Positions 28,053 to 41,187 of a DNA stretch of 64,000 bases are shown one piece after another. The notes beneath the pieces were generated by a model. The model was not told the origin of the DNA and did not search any database. It saw nothing but the letters and a program-made list of their open reading frames with translations. Every line of letters begins with the position of its first letter. Position 1 is the stretch's first letter. The translations under genes were made by a program, and so were the position numbers. Origin of the DNA: Amoeboaphelidium protococcarum X5 (Eukaryota > Fungi > Aphelidiomycota); NCBI GenBank assembly GCA_023515725.1, contig JALDTO010000208.1, forward strand, positions 124,001-188,000, read 5' to 3'.

Positions 28053-29180
28053 ATGGTTATGTACGCTTACTTGGTATCTTTTATCTGCATTGTCTCTGGT
28101 GCTGTCGCTGCTCAGGACATTCAGACCACCATTCCAGAGTCTCTGCAAAAGTACGCGTAGAACAATCTCAAGACTACCACCTTGGTTGAAGCTTTGCTCA
28201 AGAATAACACTAGACGTATTAATAGCGTGGCTGATGATGTCTATGACGATATTAATGGCAGAGGTAAGCTGACTGTGACAGACATGGCCAACTTTATTAA
28301 CAAGACTGCTAAGGAGTTGCGCGGTATCAATAAGAAGAAAGATGAGCCTTTGGAGGATTTCCCACTGCCAACCAATGATATGATCAATGAAGCTGCCGCT
28401 CAGGGTATGCTGTCTATTGCCGGCGATGTGAATGCCACCGTGTCTGAGCCTCAGTTCAAAGAGTATATGCAAGGTATGGTGAATGTGTCATTCAGTTACG
28501 CCCCTGAGATCTGTTATGCTGTGCAGATGGAGCAGTTGAAGTGTGAGCTGCTGTCTGCCAATAACCCAGAATTGAAGAAGCCGTACAAGGAGATCAAGGC
28601 GCGTATGGATGCCGTTGTTGGTATGTGCCGCTCTGGTCTGACTGCTCTCAGCAACTACCGTCTTGAAGCATGCTAGATGGATATTGCATCCCAGGTGCCA
28701 ACTACTGCGAATGTTACCACGCTGGAGAACTCTTGCAAGAAGCAGTTTGCCTGCTACCTGATGCCAAAGGAGGCAAAGCAGAACAAGTGGAACTTGACTG
28801 CCGGCGAAGAAGCCAAGGTTGTCCCAATGGCTGCCACTCCACCTAGTCCAAAGCAGATGGCTGACCAGGCTATTCTGAACGATTTCTGTGAACGCGCCTT
28901 GAGAAAGCAGGCTCGCGCTCAGGCTTGGAAGAGATTCGGTGTTGGTCTTGGTGTAGGTATCGGCGCTATTGCTTTGCTTCTGCTGACTCCCGGGATTGGT
29001 GAGGCTGCTCTGGTGGGTGCCGGTGGGTTTTTTGGCTCTGTATTTGTCATCTTTATCCTTTGGTTCTTCACTTTCTTCATTGCTAGCACTATATCTGATA
29101 TGCTGATCTCACCATCATCTGTTAGTATACCCAAGACTCAGAGTGACACTCTTGGTGATCTAAAGGTGATCGCAAACTGA
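28053..29180 (+). CDS. Secreted or membrane-anchored protein with C-terminal Gly-rich hydrophobic hairpin
   Basis: Signal peptide MVMYAYLVSFICIVSGAVAA; ORFs 28182 and 28677 join across TAG; C-terminal GVGLGVGIGAIALLLL...FVIFILWFFTFFIA. Confidence 0.75.
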
Positions 29181-29391
29181 TAAAGTTGAAGATTGAGTGA
29201 ACGCCTAGTGGAAGTAGATTTAAAAATTATTATTAGTTCTTGTTGTCGTTACTTTTTTACTTGATATTTAAAGTGTACTTAGAAAAACTTCACTCTAATT
29301 GAGTGTAAAAGAAAATATAACATGTCGCACTGTATATTCTTTATTAAAACCCTTCGTTTTCACTTCATCCCCACTTTTATAACTCACTCAC

Positions 29392-31059
29392 TCACTGTGT
29401 TGCAGATAGAGCATCCATTTCCTCACGATACTATTTCAACATTCTTTTATTCTTCCTGTAATTTCTCAAATTATCCCAGTGTTGACGTAAATAGCCAGGC
29501 TTCTTCTCTTAAGGCGACTACACATATGGAACACCTTCAACTTGCTAAACAGGCTCGGCTTTACGGGATGACCAGCTCTTGAAATAACGGCGAGGATTCC
29601 ATTTGCTATACCCAGACATGGCAGGCTATTCAATGTCATTCAACTCTTCAATGACAGTAGTCTGCTAAGGCGTAGTCAGCTCAGGGAATTCTGCTTGAGA
29701 ATGATGTGTCTAGATTATCAATTCAGGCAAAAACACATTGGAATAACAAACGATATCTGGGTTCTCTTGCAAAGCGCTCAACTTATTCATCATCTCTGCA
29801 AGCTACTACAAGAATAAGGTCTTTTGCACCAGCTCTTAACCCTTATTATCGGACAGGAACTTAATTGCACTCTTGCGTACAACCACCTGCAAATTATCTT
29901 CAACTCCCTTCCACAAGTAGTCCAAATACTTCTCAAATTTGTACAACGCGTCATAAGGAAGCGGACTAACCATCTTGTGGAACGCGAATAGCTTGGAATA
30001 ACGGATTGCAATTCTCTTGAACATTTTGCCAGTGTTTACGGCCCAGCGAGAAGCAAATGAACTTTCAGAGCCATAGTACTTGGCAACCTCCTTCAAATTA
30101 CTTGCCATAGTAGATGAAATCTTGCTTGCAAACAAAGCCTTATCAGACTGAACCGCAGGTGCCATAAATCCATAAATACCTTCCCAATAGCGCTCCATGT
30201 CTCCAGACGTAGCAAACTCTGCATACATTTCATTCAACTTGCTCACGAAATCATTAGTAGCAGCTTTCAGAGATTTTCTGTCGTAATTGGTGCCAACTAC
30301 AAACTTCTTCAGCTGATTCCACGGCGTGAACGCCTTTGTGAGAGTGAATCGTTCCTGGCCTCCAAATTTATCATTCAAGTCCGAGATGGTATTATCCAGC
30401 AGATCTTTGCGCTTTCCACTGAGCGCCATGTTGAGCTTGAACACCTTGGGGAACAAACCATTGGCAAGCAAAAGCTTAGCAATGGAAGCGTCATCCTACT
30501 CTGCAGAATCTTGAATTCCGGCAGGGAGCAGAGGAGTCGATTCAGAGGGATCCACATAAGCTGTAGAATAAGCAAAAGGGGATCTAATAGGTACCCCATC
30601 AACAGAGCTAATATAAGGCTCTTGACGATGCTGCTTAATTATTTCCTAAAGAGCAACAGAATCAGCTACTCCAAAAGCAGTACTTTATTCTTGAGGCATG
30701 AAAGATTAGGATGCAGGGTTCAAAGCATCGTATGGTTATTCATCTTCAAAAGACGCAACATTGGTTGATCTTAGCATCTAGACTTCCGCAAGGGAGCTAA
30801 CAGAGCCAGACCCCAAGCTAGAAACTGTGTCATCGCCTTCCTCCTCCACTGGACCTTCCTCCACAAACCTGTCAGGCAACTAAGAAACAGGCGATTCAAA
30901 ACGCGAAGGCTCTTGAAGCAAACTCTCATCATTGACCGGATCCCCATTTTCAGAGCCAAGTGCACTTTCATAAAAAGAGCCAGCAGAGCTACCAACAGCG
31001 CCAGTGAATGCAACACTAATGGAGGCAGCCAACAGAATATAACGCAAAGATACCTTCAT
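29392..31059 (-). CDS. Secreted protein of unknown function (acidic disordered N-terminal half, helical C-terminal half)
   Basis: Signal peptide MKVSLRYILLAASISVAFTGA; 556-codon frame that includes ORF 29836-30471. Confidence 0.75.
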
Positions 31060-31599
31060 TACGCCGGCAGTAGTAAGCAGTAAAGACCTTTCTTGTTGTA
31101 TTTAGAGATATGAACGGTAATTATGACGCGTAATAATTAGTCAATCGACGAGAGTGATGAAAGAGAAGTCTGATGATTGTCTGCTCGAGAGTGACCCACT
31201 CCTCCTCTTCTTAATCAAGGGGCCACTTTATCGATTCATTGAGCATTTCACCCCTGAAGCCGTTTATAACTCTCATAGTATGACTATAGTTTCAAAGCTT
31301 TTTTCCTCTCTTATTATCCAGTAACTATATAATTATGCTTTAAAATGCATAATGAAGGCCTTCTACTTCCGCTCAATCTTTACTCTAATTGATACATACA
31401 ATGCCATGGATTCGTATCAGGATTGTCTTTAGTATTTGCGTGCGCGATCAATAATTTGTCCAATCGCAGCCTTTGTTTTGATCAAGCCTTGACTTTATTG
31501 AATTGTATAGGTGCTCTTCTCTTAAGGTTATTCTTCGTTTAGTAAATACTGTTAATTATTATTCTCCTTCAATTACAGTTCATATAATCAGAAAGTAAA

Positions 31600-32712
31600 A
31601 TGTATCCAGGTCAATACAGTCAGTAGTAGCAGCAATAGTAATAACATCATTAGCACTATCAACAGCAACATGGCTAGAGGTCTGGTGCGCCGTAATAGTA
31701 GTACTACAATGCCCAGAATGTCCCATAGCAGGCCATGTAGTTGAGTCCAAATTTCCAATACTCTTCATGCCGTGGTTAAAAGAAGGCTTTACTTGTGGGA
31801 ATAAACTATTTCAACTAAAAGTCTGCTCTCAAAGGATGCATCAATGACGTTTAGAATATGAAGAATCATTTGATCTAGCGTTGGGGATTCTATGAGCGTG
31901 ATCAAAGGGGATAAATGGCGATGATCTGTCTTACTGATGATTAGCGAGATCCTAATTATGTGCCGACCAGGTAGAACATTATCAACGCTTTGAGATGGCT
32001 TGTTGGTGGAGCTCAGCCTGGAGATTCGTTATTCTTCCATTTCAGTGGACACGGTGGGTTGGTGAAGGACTAAAATGGCGATGAGGCTTCCGGTTATGAT
32101 AGTTGCATTTATCCCGTGGATTACACAAAAGCTGGCCCTATCGTTGATGATGAACTTCATGCAACGTGTGTGGCAAGGTTACCTGCAGGTGTCCGCCTGA
32201 CTGTGATCTGTGACAGCTGCCATTCTGGGACTATGATGGACCTTCCTTTTCTATACAATTCTGACGGCTCTCTGAAGTCTTACAATCCAATGGCCGGATT
32301 AAAAGATGTCGCTATGGATGCTGCAAAAGGTTTTATGAGAGGCGGGTTTGGAATCGGGGGTTTGATTAATGCCGCGAGTGTGCTCGCAAAGAATTCGAAT
32401 CTCTTGGGTGGAGGCATGTCGTCGCAATAACAGTAGCAAGTTGCTCAGCAGAGGCAATCCTAGGCTGATGTGATCATGTTCTCTGGGTGCAAAGATAATC
32501 AGACTTCAGCTGATACGTTCTAGCAAGAAGTGGGATCCACAGGTGCGATGAGTTACGCTTTTTTGAAAGTCATCAATCAGGCTCAGGGCAGGCAGATGAG
32601 TGTGATAAATTTGCTGGCAGCTGTGCGTGACATTTTAGCTCGCGAATACACCCAAAAGCCGTAGTTGAGCAGTGGCTATCCTATGAACATGAACAACATT
32701 TTTATCATGTGA
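31600..32712 (+). CDS. MCA1: Type I metacaspase
   Basis: Q/Y/G-rich prodomain, [49 protein letters not shown](Q)LSS. Confidence 0.95.
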
Positions 32713-32997
32713 ATTGAGTTAAAGTGAATTTAATTAATAATGTGCAGTGGTATCTTTTTGCGTGTTTGTCTATCCATCTTCTTACAACAAGTATATGACT
32801 CGATATTCTAATCAGGCTGGATTTTAGTGTTGCCATTTTGGGAATCTCCGCGAATCACTGAAACGCGATCGTTATTGTTGTCATCAGAATGAGTTTCAAC
32901 TTGAGCTATTGTACTCACCTTTTTTCCACATCATCGAGATTTATTATTTTGATTTGATTAAATAAAATTGAAATCTTAGTAGTAGATAGCGGATATA

Positions 32998-34716
32998 ATG
33001 GGCAACTAGTAATCTTAGACGGATAGAAAAGAGTCTGCTTCAACATCTGTAGAGGATTAGAATGCTGATCGCTTATCATAAGTCAGGTCGGGTCAAGTAG
33101 AAATATCAAAGCCGATTCTGTTGAGTGATGATGAGTTTATTAAATTGCAATAAAATGAACTAAATTAGTAAAATGAATCCTAAAGTAGTCAGTCAAGAAG
33201 TAGCAGCTATGATAAAACTGTCAATAGGTAAGAAGCAATGCATAGAATGAGGAAGGAAATGACTCCCCCTGTTACTGATAGTTATTCTGATGAAAGTACA
33301 ATGAATTCTGCACAATCTTCCTCTATATCAACAGTTACGCAAGATAATGTTTCTTATGCTGTAAATAATCCTTAAAAGGCTTCTATGCACGATATCCTGG
33401 TTGGAATAGCTCACTTTTCGCACACTGAGGGAAATATCAAGTCCAAGTATTAGACGTATCCATCAAAGCTCCGGGCCAAAGGTGGTTTGAAGATCCAGCG
33501 GCCGAAACAGAATGACGTTTCAACCGACAAAGATTACAAGATCACGCCGGCGATGACGCATAGTAATCCACGTCTGCTGGCACTCCCGTGGACTGATATG
33601 GTTGACCTTGAGTAGAAAGATAAATCTACAGCTGATGCGGAGAAATCTGGCAAGTCAAAGTTGAATGAAAAGAAGCGATCATCATTTTAACCTCCTCGAG
33701 CCGCAAATTACAAGGATGATCGCGGACTTGATGATTATTTGAAGGTTATGGGTGGTTAGGAGAAGAAACTCAATAGAAAGCCTCGTCCACAGTCGTTTCA
33801 TGCACTCCTCTCTAGTTCTAGTAGCAGTCGCGTTAATGCTGACGCCAATTTGTCATCTTCTAGAACGCGCCCGCTTTCATTTTAGAGCACCACAACCTCC
33901 TCCTCCTCCTCTTCTGTGTCTTCCTGGAAATAACATCGCCCGGAATAGAATATATCAGGGAAAACTTCCAGCGCGGGCTAGTCTGATAATCATAATCTGA
34001 ATTCAAATTCCACCATAAATAGACCAAGATCTCCATCGCCAAGGCATAAAGCTCGATTGGAGGCATGGAATCGCTAGAAGTTGAGACTGGAGTCCAAAAT
34101 TGATGCTGTTGCTTTGCCTTAGAACATGAAAAATGGAAAGGCTAATCTCAAAAAATCAAATGGCAACGTTAATCATTAGGCTGAGGAACTGAGCTTAATT
34201 GATCGTGATCGCAATGTTACCATCCAAGTCAAGATCCCAAAACATTTGAAGGCAAATACAGCTCTTGATAGTAAAGCAGTTTTGCGAAAAGATGCATCCT
34301 CCAAAGATGTTTACGTATGTCTCGTTCAAATAGTTCAAGGACAGTCTAGCGTCTTTGACGTCATTTATTAATTATCTGATCTAGGAGTGATTGCAGCTAG
34401 TGGATTCAATGGTCTGTGGTCATTCAGATTACATAGACGCGTTTTTAACAAGTAGTCTGGTACTACTCTGTCTGAGCGCGTTCTCTCCCTGGACGATATG
34501 GTCTCTGAGAGACGATATTCATAGGAGGGAGATGATGAGACAATCGGAAGTGAGTTCAAGCTAGTGCGTGTGCATGCTTGGAAGTCGGATATGGATTAGA
34601 ATGAGTCAGCGTACTACTTCAATCGTTATGGCTTTACTGACATTTCAATAATCGCTGGACAGAATCAGCAGATGGTGGACTCTGAAATGATAGAAGTAAA
34701 GGTGGACAAAAGATGA
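32998..34716 (+). CDS. Putative N-myristoylated, largely disordered protein with folded C-terminal domain
   Basis: MGN(Q)(Q)S start; S/Q-rich 573-codon frame ending at TGA. Confidence 0.65.
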
Positions 34717-35024
34717 TGTGGTTATTCCAAAGTGTTTGTGTGTGTTTCAATAGATATATCATTGTTTAAATTTGTTTCTTTTTCAATCTTAATTTTGTCG
34801 TTTAAATTTCACATTCATTAGTGTCTGGAGAATATTGATCCAGTCAAGAATTTAAAATGCAACTACGCAGACGCGTGAATGGTGATGCCTTGAATGAGGG
34901 ACTTGATTGGATTGGCTGAAAGCCAGCATGTTTGTCGCGTCTGCATGCCCATGAGACTCGGCGACTTTAAAATAATACATTTATCTTTCTTCATTCCCAC
35001 AAAGCTTTAGAAATATTAGAGTAG

Positions 35025-35903
35025 ATGCTCGATTTTGTTACATTCGTGTGCACAATGCTTTTCAATCTCATTGTTTTAATAGGCGGCACCTCAGCCTTGC
35101 CGTAATCCGATCTCTCGTCTCAGTCGCCTGCTCAGCAACCGCTACCTTCTGGTAACTATTCAGGCAAGTATACTTCTCTGGTCTGGGAAGACAATTTTGA
35201 TGGTGGCTATGGTTAGCCCGATTTGACCGGCAAGTGGAATGCTGATGACAGTTGTTTCGGAATGTGGGCTAATCAAGAGTGGGAGTGCTACACTTCAAAG
35301 CAAGATAATGTCTTGCTCGATGGCTATGGCAATCTGGTATTGTCATTCAAGCAGCTGAATTATTCTAGAGGCGGCTACACTAGCGGTAAGTTGACATCCC
35401 GCTAGAATTGGTTATACGGTCGTTTTGAGGCGCGTATCAAGGTCCCTAAAGGTTAAGGCGTGTGGCCAGCTTTCTGGATGTTGCCTCAGGATAACAAGTA
35501 TGGCATCTGGCCATTTAGTGGCGAGATTGATATTATGGAAATTCTGGGCCATAAACCGCGCCAATTGCATGGAACAATTCATTACTCTGATGCAGACGGT
35601 CACGGTAGTAGTTCCAAGTCTATCGAGGCGGCTGATGATCTATCCTCTGACTTCCATATTTACGCTGTGGAGTGGGATGCGGATGAGATTCGCTGGTACT
35701 TGGATGGAGCCTTTTACAATAAAGTCTCATCATCCGATACGTAGTACTTTTAGAATCCTCCCAGCGATGGCAGCTTATGGCCTTTCAATCAGCCATTCAA
35801 CATCATTCTCAATCTGGCTGTTGGTGGCAACTGGCCAGGTGATCCTGATCCTGCTCTGACTCACGGTGAACTTGTAGTAGATTACGTTAGAGTTTTTTAA
35901 TGA
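35025..35903 (+). CDS. Secreted GH16 beta-1,3-glucanase (laminarinase-like)
   Basis: Signal peptide, LVWEDNFDG, YGRFEARIK, WPAFWML, catalytic GEIDIME, NLAVGGNWPG, VDYVRVF(Q). Confidence 0.92.
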
Positions 35904-36010
35904 ATTATAGAAAAATTGAAGTTTAAATCAAGTGATCTTATTTAATTTCGACGCGTCCTTACTCTTAAAATCAGCATACACAGTGGCCTACAATTTGTAC
36001 AATAGGGGCT

Positions 36011-37282
36011 ATGGCTAACAGGTTGACTAGATTGTTGTAATGGCCGTAGTGCGCCGATATTAAATACGTATCATAGGAATTAGAATTATTGTTAGAGGGG
36101 TTTAATGGCCATCAAGTAGTGTCCGCGGCATACATTTACGTCAGCCCGCAAACACCTAAAAATAACGACAATCTTGTAGATTACAATCGGAGACTGGCCA
36201 CTTCCGTTACCGAAACTTTACATAGAAGTTTGCAATATGATGTACCATTGGTTGGCGGTTGTGTTGATAGTTTATTGATTAAAAGTTAAGTTCCAAGTCA
36301 TCTATATCAGGCTGATGGTGTTGGAATTCGCCTAGTGACGGCAGAACGTGATATCGCTGATGGAAAATAATCTGCTTTCCATCGCAAATTTGACTTGCCC
36401 CAATAGGAGTCAGTTAGAGTTGGGAGATTCGGATCTGATAACAATAATGGGAAGTCATCTCACTCTGGTTGGAGTCGCGTTCTTGACAAGTACAATTAAA
36501 TGAAAGCCCCATCTGACGAACATAAATCATCTGAGTTTACGGGCTTCCAATCCTTACATGCAATTGGTCCTCATTCACAGCTGAATGCCTTGAGTTAATT
36601 ATTAAAGCGCTCACCGAATGTTTTACATAGCTCTGGTATCGCGTCAATGCAAACACGCTTCCTTACGGGAACTGAAACTGTGCTGATTGTTAACGACCAA
36701 GTTTACACTGATGGAGTTGTTGGTATTTGCTCTGAATTATAAGCATCAAGCCCATAGATTAAACTTCCTTGGCTTTGTAATGTCTCTCGTTAGTTTTAGA
36801 TAACTAAACGCACAGGCAACATGATCATTGAGTTGGATAACGAGCCAGCGGTGTCTGTAGTTTAACAATTGAGGTTGAATTCTTAATTTCCGGTGGTCGC
36901 TCTGTTGCCTGATTTAAATTAATTACCAACATAAGTGGTCGGCGGAGATTCAGTGCGTGGGGTTTTAGGACTTAAAGTTCACGATCCTTCCATACTGAAT
37001 AACTGCACAACGTTACAGTTTGCATAGATTAGTAGCGAAATGGAGACTTCCGATGACCTGAATGGTAAAGATGATTTTCTCCTTTCCACTTAGAGTGAGC
37101 TTCCTTATTTCAATGGTGACGTACATGGTGAATAGGAGTTTGTCGGTGCCATGTCTGCCTCAAGTGTAATTAGTTCTATCATCATAGAAAAGTAGCCCAC
37201 TGATCAAAGTGAATCGTAAAGCGCGTCGTCGAAACACATCGTGATCGATTCTCCCGGCACAATATTGAATCTTTCGCAGTGA
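36011..37282 (+). CDS. FIST-domain-like protein
   Basis: VGGCVD, GIAS..TRFLTG...DGVVG, ITKRTGNMIIELDNEPA, VVGGD..RG. Confidence 0.6.
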
Positions 37283-37287
37283 AAATA

Positions 37288-38322
37288 ATGCACATGATGA
37301 GTAATGTCAATCTGCCGGATCGGATATTGCTTGAAATAAGTGATCTTAATAGACTTGCATTAGAGCATTAGCTAATTTTACAGAATGTAAAATAAGTGAT
37401 AGATGTGTCTGATTGTACTTTAGAACGGAACACTAAAAAACAACCGCCAGAATTCACAATCGCTAACAGATGTGTATGGAAATAAGATTAGAGATCCACT
37501 AAGGAAGAGATTAAGCGATAAATTGTTGGTAGATTGCATAGAATTATGCGATCAATTTTCGATAACAGTGATGGACTTGATACATCGACGGATCTAATAT
37601 CTGAAGAGTGTTGCGAGTTGTTGGCCAAATTAGATCGCAGTGATTAATAACAGCCATCGTCTGAACATCGAATGTTTTAGATACGTTCACAATCGCGTAT
37701 CTTTGATATTGCCATCAAAGAGACATCTTTGGCTGAGGCTGATTTGGGTTCCTTGACATGGAACTCCTCTTTACTGTTTATAAAATTGATGTTATAGAAC
37801 GCAATCCACGTGCCATAAACATCAAGATCAGTTCTGGAGTTGGGATGTGGCACTGGCCTCTCTGGTATATTCTTATCCATGTATGCCATGAAAGCTGGAT
37901 TAAATCTTACATCTGTATTATTAACCGACTATCATGAAGGAGTTCTGAAAACAGCTTAGAGTAATGTCTCCATCAATACCGCCATTTCTTCAATAGTAGA
38001 TGTACATAAGTTAGACTGGCGCAATTTTGAAGAATTCAGCCGCGATGGATTCGATTTAATAATCGGAACTGATCTGGTGTATGACATGGAAGCCGCGTTG
38101 GCTTTACCAAAAGTTTTAAAGCATATCACTGTGCCTGGCACACAGATAATACTACTATTGCCTCAACGACGTAACTTTGAGAGAGAGATTTCAGCATTTT
38201 AGGATGGGATGAAAAATCTAAATTCAATGCTGGGCCATCAAACGATCATAAGAGACAATTCGCTGTAAGAACCTTCCATTGATCATTATATACTGTTTGA
38301 GTACCAACGAATATAAAATTGA
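37288..38322 (+). CDS. Seven-beta-strand protein-lysine methyltransferase (Efm2/METTL21-like)
   Basis: KETSLAEADLGSLTWNSS, VLELGCGTGLSG, LTDY, LDW, FDLIIGTDLVYD. Confidence 0.85.
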
Positions 38323-38574
38323 ATTCGCGTCTATATATGACAGTAATGATCCCGATAGACTATATCTATTCAATTCTAATCATTTGCTTGTCTGAAAAGT
38401 TTTAGTACTTGGTCATTGGGCATTTTAGCACCGAGAATCCTTAGAGGCAACGCGCTTCTCTCTTTAACCAACGCAATTCTTTCCCTCCTCTCGCCGAGTC
38501 GAAACACTTTCAATTCACTCTCTATCCACTGCAGTGAACTATAAGTTAGATTTACAGTCTACTTTAATTACAAT

Positions 38575-39570
38575 ATGGCCCGCCGCTACGACTCTCGCAC
38601 AACTATATTTTCGCCTGAAGGTATGCATATTGTATTGAGTTGGTCTTATAGTTTTATTGACGTTTTGTATGTTGTAGGCCGTCTGTATCAGGTTGAGTAT
38701 GCTATGGAGGCAATCTCACATGCCGGCACAGCATTGGGTGTCCTGTGTCAGGATGGAGTTATCCTGGCGGCAGAAAAGAAGGTTACCAGTAAGCTGTTGG
38801 ATGATCAGGTTCGTTCCACCGAAAAAGTGTACCCAATTAACGACAACATTACGGTCGCTGTTGCCGGTATCACCGCTGATGCCACGATCCTCATTCAACA
38901 TGCCCGTCTGGATGCGCAGAAGCACTTGATGATGTATGGTGAGCAGGTTCCTGTTGAGTAGTTGGTGGAGAAAATGTGTGACCTGAAGTAAAGTTACACT
39001 CAATATGGTGGTCTGCGTCCATTCGGTGTCAGTTTTCTGTGGGCCGGCTGGGATGACACGTATAGACTGAAGGATTTGCGCTCCACCGCTATTGATAGTG
39101 CAGAGTAGGAGGGTGGAAGTAAGTCGGGTTTCCAGCTGTATTGCAGCGATCCTAGTGGTAATTACGCTGGATGGAAGGCTCACTGTATTGGTGGCAACTG
39201 GGCTAGTGCTCAGTCTATTTTGAAGCAGGATTATCGCGACGATTTGACCTTGTTTGGTGATGGTAAGCCAGTTGTTCAGGAGCCTAAACAGCAACAGGGA
39301 TCTTCCTCTTCTAGCGCTTCGGCTACTACTTCTACGCCAGCGGACCAACCATCAGTCAAGTCTGGCATGGAGTTGGTTCTAAAGTGTCTGAGCAAGACAA
39401 TAGAAAGCACTTCGCTGAATTCTGAAAAATTGGAGATTGCTATAGTCGGACGTAAGTAGCTCAAGGATGGCTCTTCTACGGTTTATACGAAGGTTTATGA
39501 GCCGGAAGATGTTGATGCTATCCTGAAGCATTATGGTTATGTAAAGCCTGAACAATAATAGGAAGCGTGA
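38575..39570 (+). CDS. PSMA4: 20S proteasome alpha-3 subunit (PSMA4/Pre9); intron 38621-38677
   Basis: [16 protein letters not shown]|[14 protein letters not shown](Q)LV...DLK(Q)[25 protein letters not shown]. Confidence 0.96.
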
Positions 39571-39592
39571 TTTTTACGGCACCCGTGTATAT

Positions 39593-40611
39593 TCAATCCT
39601 TTTTCTTACCACCCCTCTGCTTTTTTACTTGTTATGTTTCCTCTTTAGTTTATTCAGCAGATGTTGATGAGCTATTAGGTGTAATTTTAGGGGATTACAA
39701 TAACATGAATGACACCAAAGGAATGGTCAGCACTAGAAAATCGACCAAAGGGCTTCTCTCAAATACTGCAAGCAGACAGCTAGAGAGCAGCACAATCATA
39801 AAGTTTCTACAAAGCAAAACACGACGGATGATTGTAAATTGAACTCTTCAAAATTAAATATAATTCTAACCTTGACGGAGTGTGTAAGTCATTATGTATT
39901 TCAGCCTGGATATACGGTCCAATGCTGGTCAACTTTATAAAATACGGAAACACAGTGGAACCACCTACAGCAAATGATATATAACAGCTTATCATGAAAC
40001 ATTACAGCAACAAACTTACCCCACTGAGCCAGATATGAGTAAATGAATACTATATACTTTGATTTATCTCCATGAGTTAACAACTGATTGCCCTGTTATA
40101 AAACAATGTACGCATTTGTAGCACCAGCTATCCCATCACACGCCCGCTTCCACACATTAACAAAATCAATGATGAAAGTAATGATATTACTTTGCAACAA
40201 TATCGCGCGGACCATCACCCATTAATCCATGTTGACCAGCAACCAGCATGCCACAATAATCACAAGCTTCTCAATATCAAACAAAGAAGCCGTTAATGCG
40301 GAGGAGGTGAATATACCATGACCATTATAGATGAGTTCCAATATAATCTTGCCACAGAATGAGAATATCAGTGAGCACATAAGACTTTCCAACGAGAGAC
40401 ACCAAGTAGATTTGATGTGAGCAGGGACATTGCGATCGACCAATTTGCGAATTTTCAGTGAAACAGACAGAGTATATAACGTGAACATCAACTAACTCTT
40501 ATACAGCGTCTATGCCCAACTTCCATACAATAAAAAGTTATTAGCATTCAACAACAAATCACTGATTTAACTGATATTCAACCAGGCAACGTCAGATGGC
40601 GATGAGGTCAT
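39593..40611 (-). CDS. Multi-pass membrane protein, possibly TRIC/TMEM38-like; introns 39965-40019 and 39807-39870
   Basis: Hydrophobic helices, LESLMCSLIFSFCGKII, WGGS, basic tail ...GGKKKD; two canonical introns restore the frame. Confidence 0.55.
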
Positions 40612-40772
40612 TCTATATCAGATATGTAGTATGTATGTATCTTGTGTATTGACTGAATCACATGAGTTGTGTGACTGACTGCCGACAAGCGCGCCGATAT
40701 TTTCATTCCTCCGTCGTCAACTTCCCTCTTCTTTCTCTTCTACTCATCATTCATTTCCCCGCCCAAGCTTTT

Positions 40773-41187
40773 ATGACGGACAACGTAACGTTCGGGACTT
40801 TTGGTATTTTATATCTATATAGAGATTTTATTAAATGATTTATGACATATATTTACTCCATTATTGTATGTAGATCCTTTCGCAAATGAAAAGTTGGAGA
40901 GCCAAGAAGATGCAACAGCCTCCTCAACTTCCATCATCCACTTGCGCATCCAGCAGAGGAATGGGCGCAAGACTTTGACCACCATCACTGGGTTACCATC
41001 TGATCTGGACTAGAAAAAATTGTTGAAAGCATTCAAGAAGGTGTTTGCCTGTAATGGCACCATTATCGAAGATGAAGAGCTCGGTGAAGTGATTCAGCTG
41101 CAAGGTGATCATCGTGCCAAGGTGCAACAATTCCTGGTTGAGGAGAAGATTGCCACCAAGGATCAAATCAAGGTTCACGGTTTCTGA
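40773..41187 (+). CDS. SUI1: Translation initiation factor eIF1 (Sui1); intron 40804-40873
   Basis: FDPFA, IHLRIQQRNGRKTLTT, FACNG, VIQLQGDHR, IKVHGF. Confidence 0.97.

Noticed and set aside
28677-29180. Separate gene starting immediately after ORF 28182-28676
   Set aside because: The same frame continues across TAG=Gln, so it is one protein
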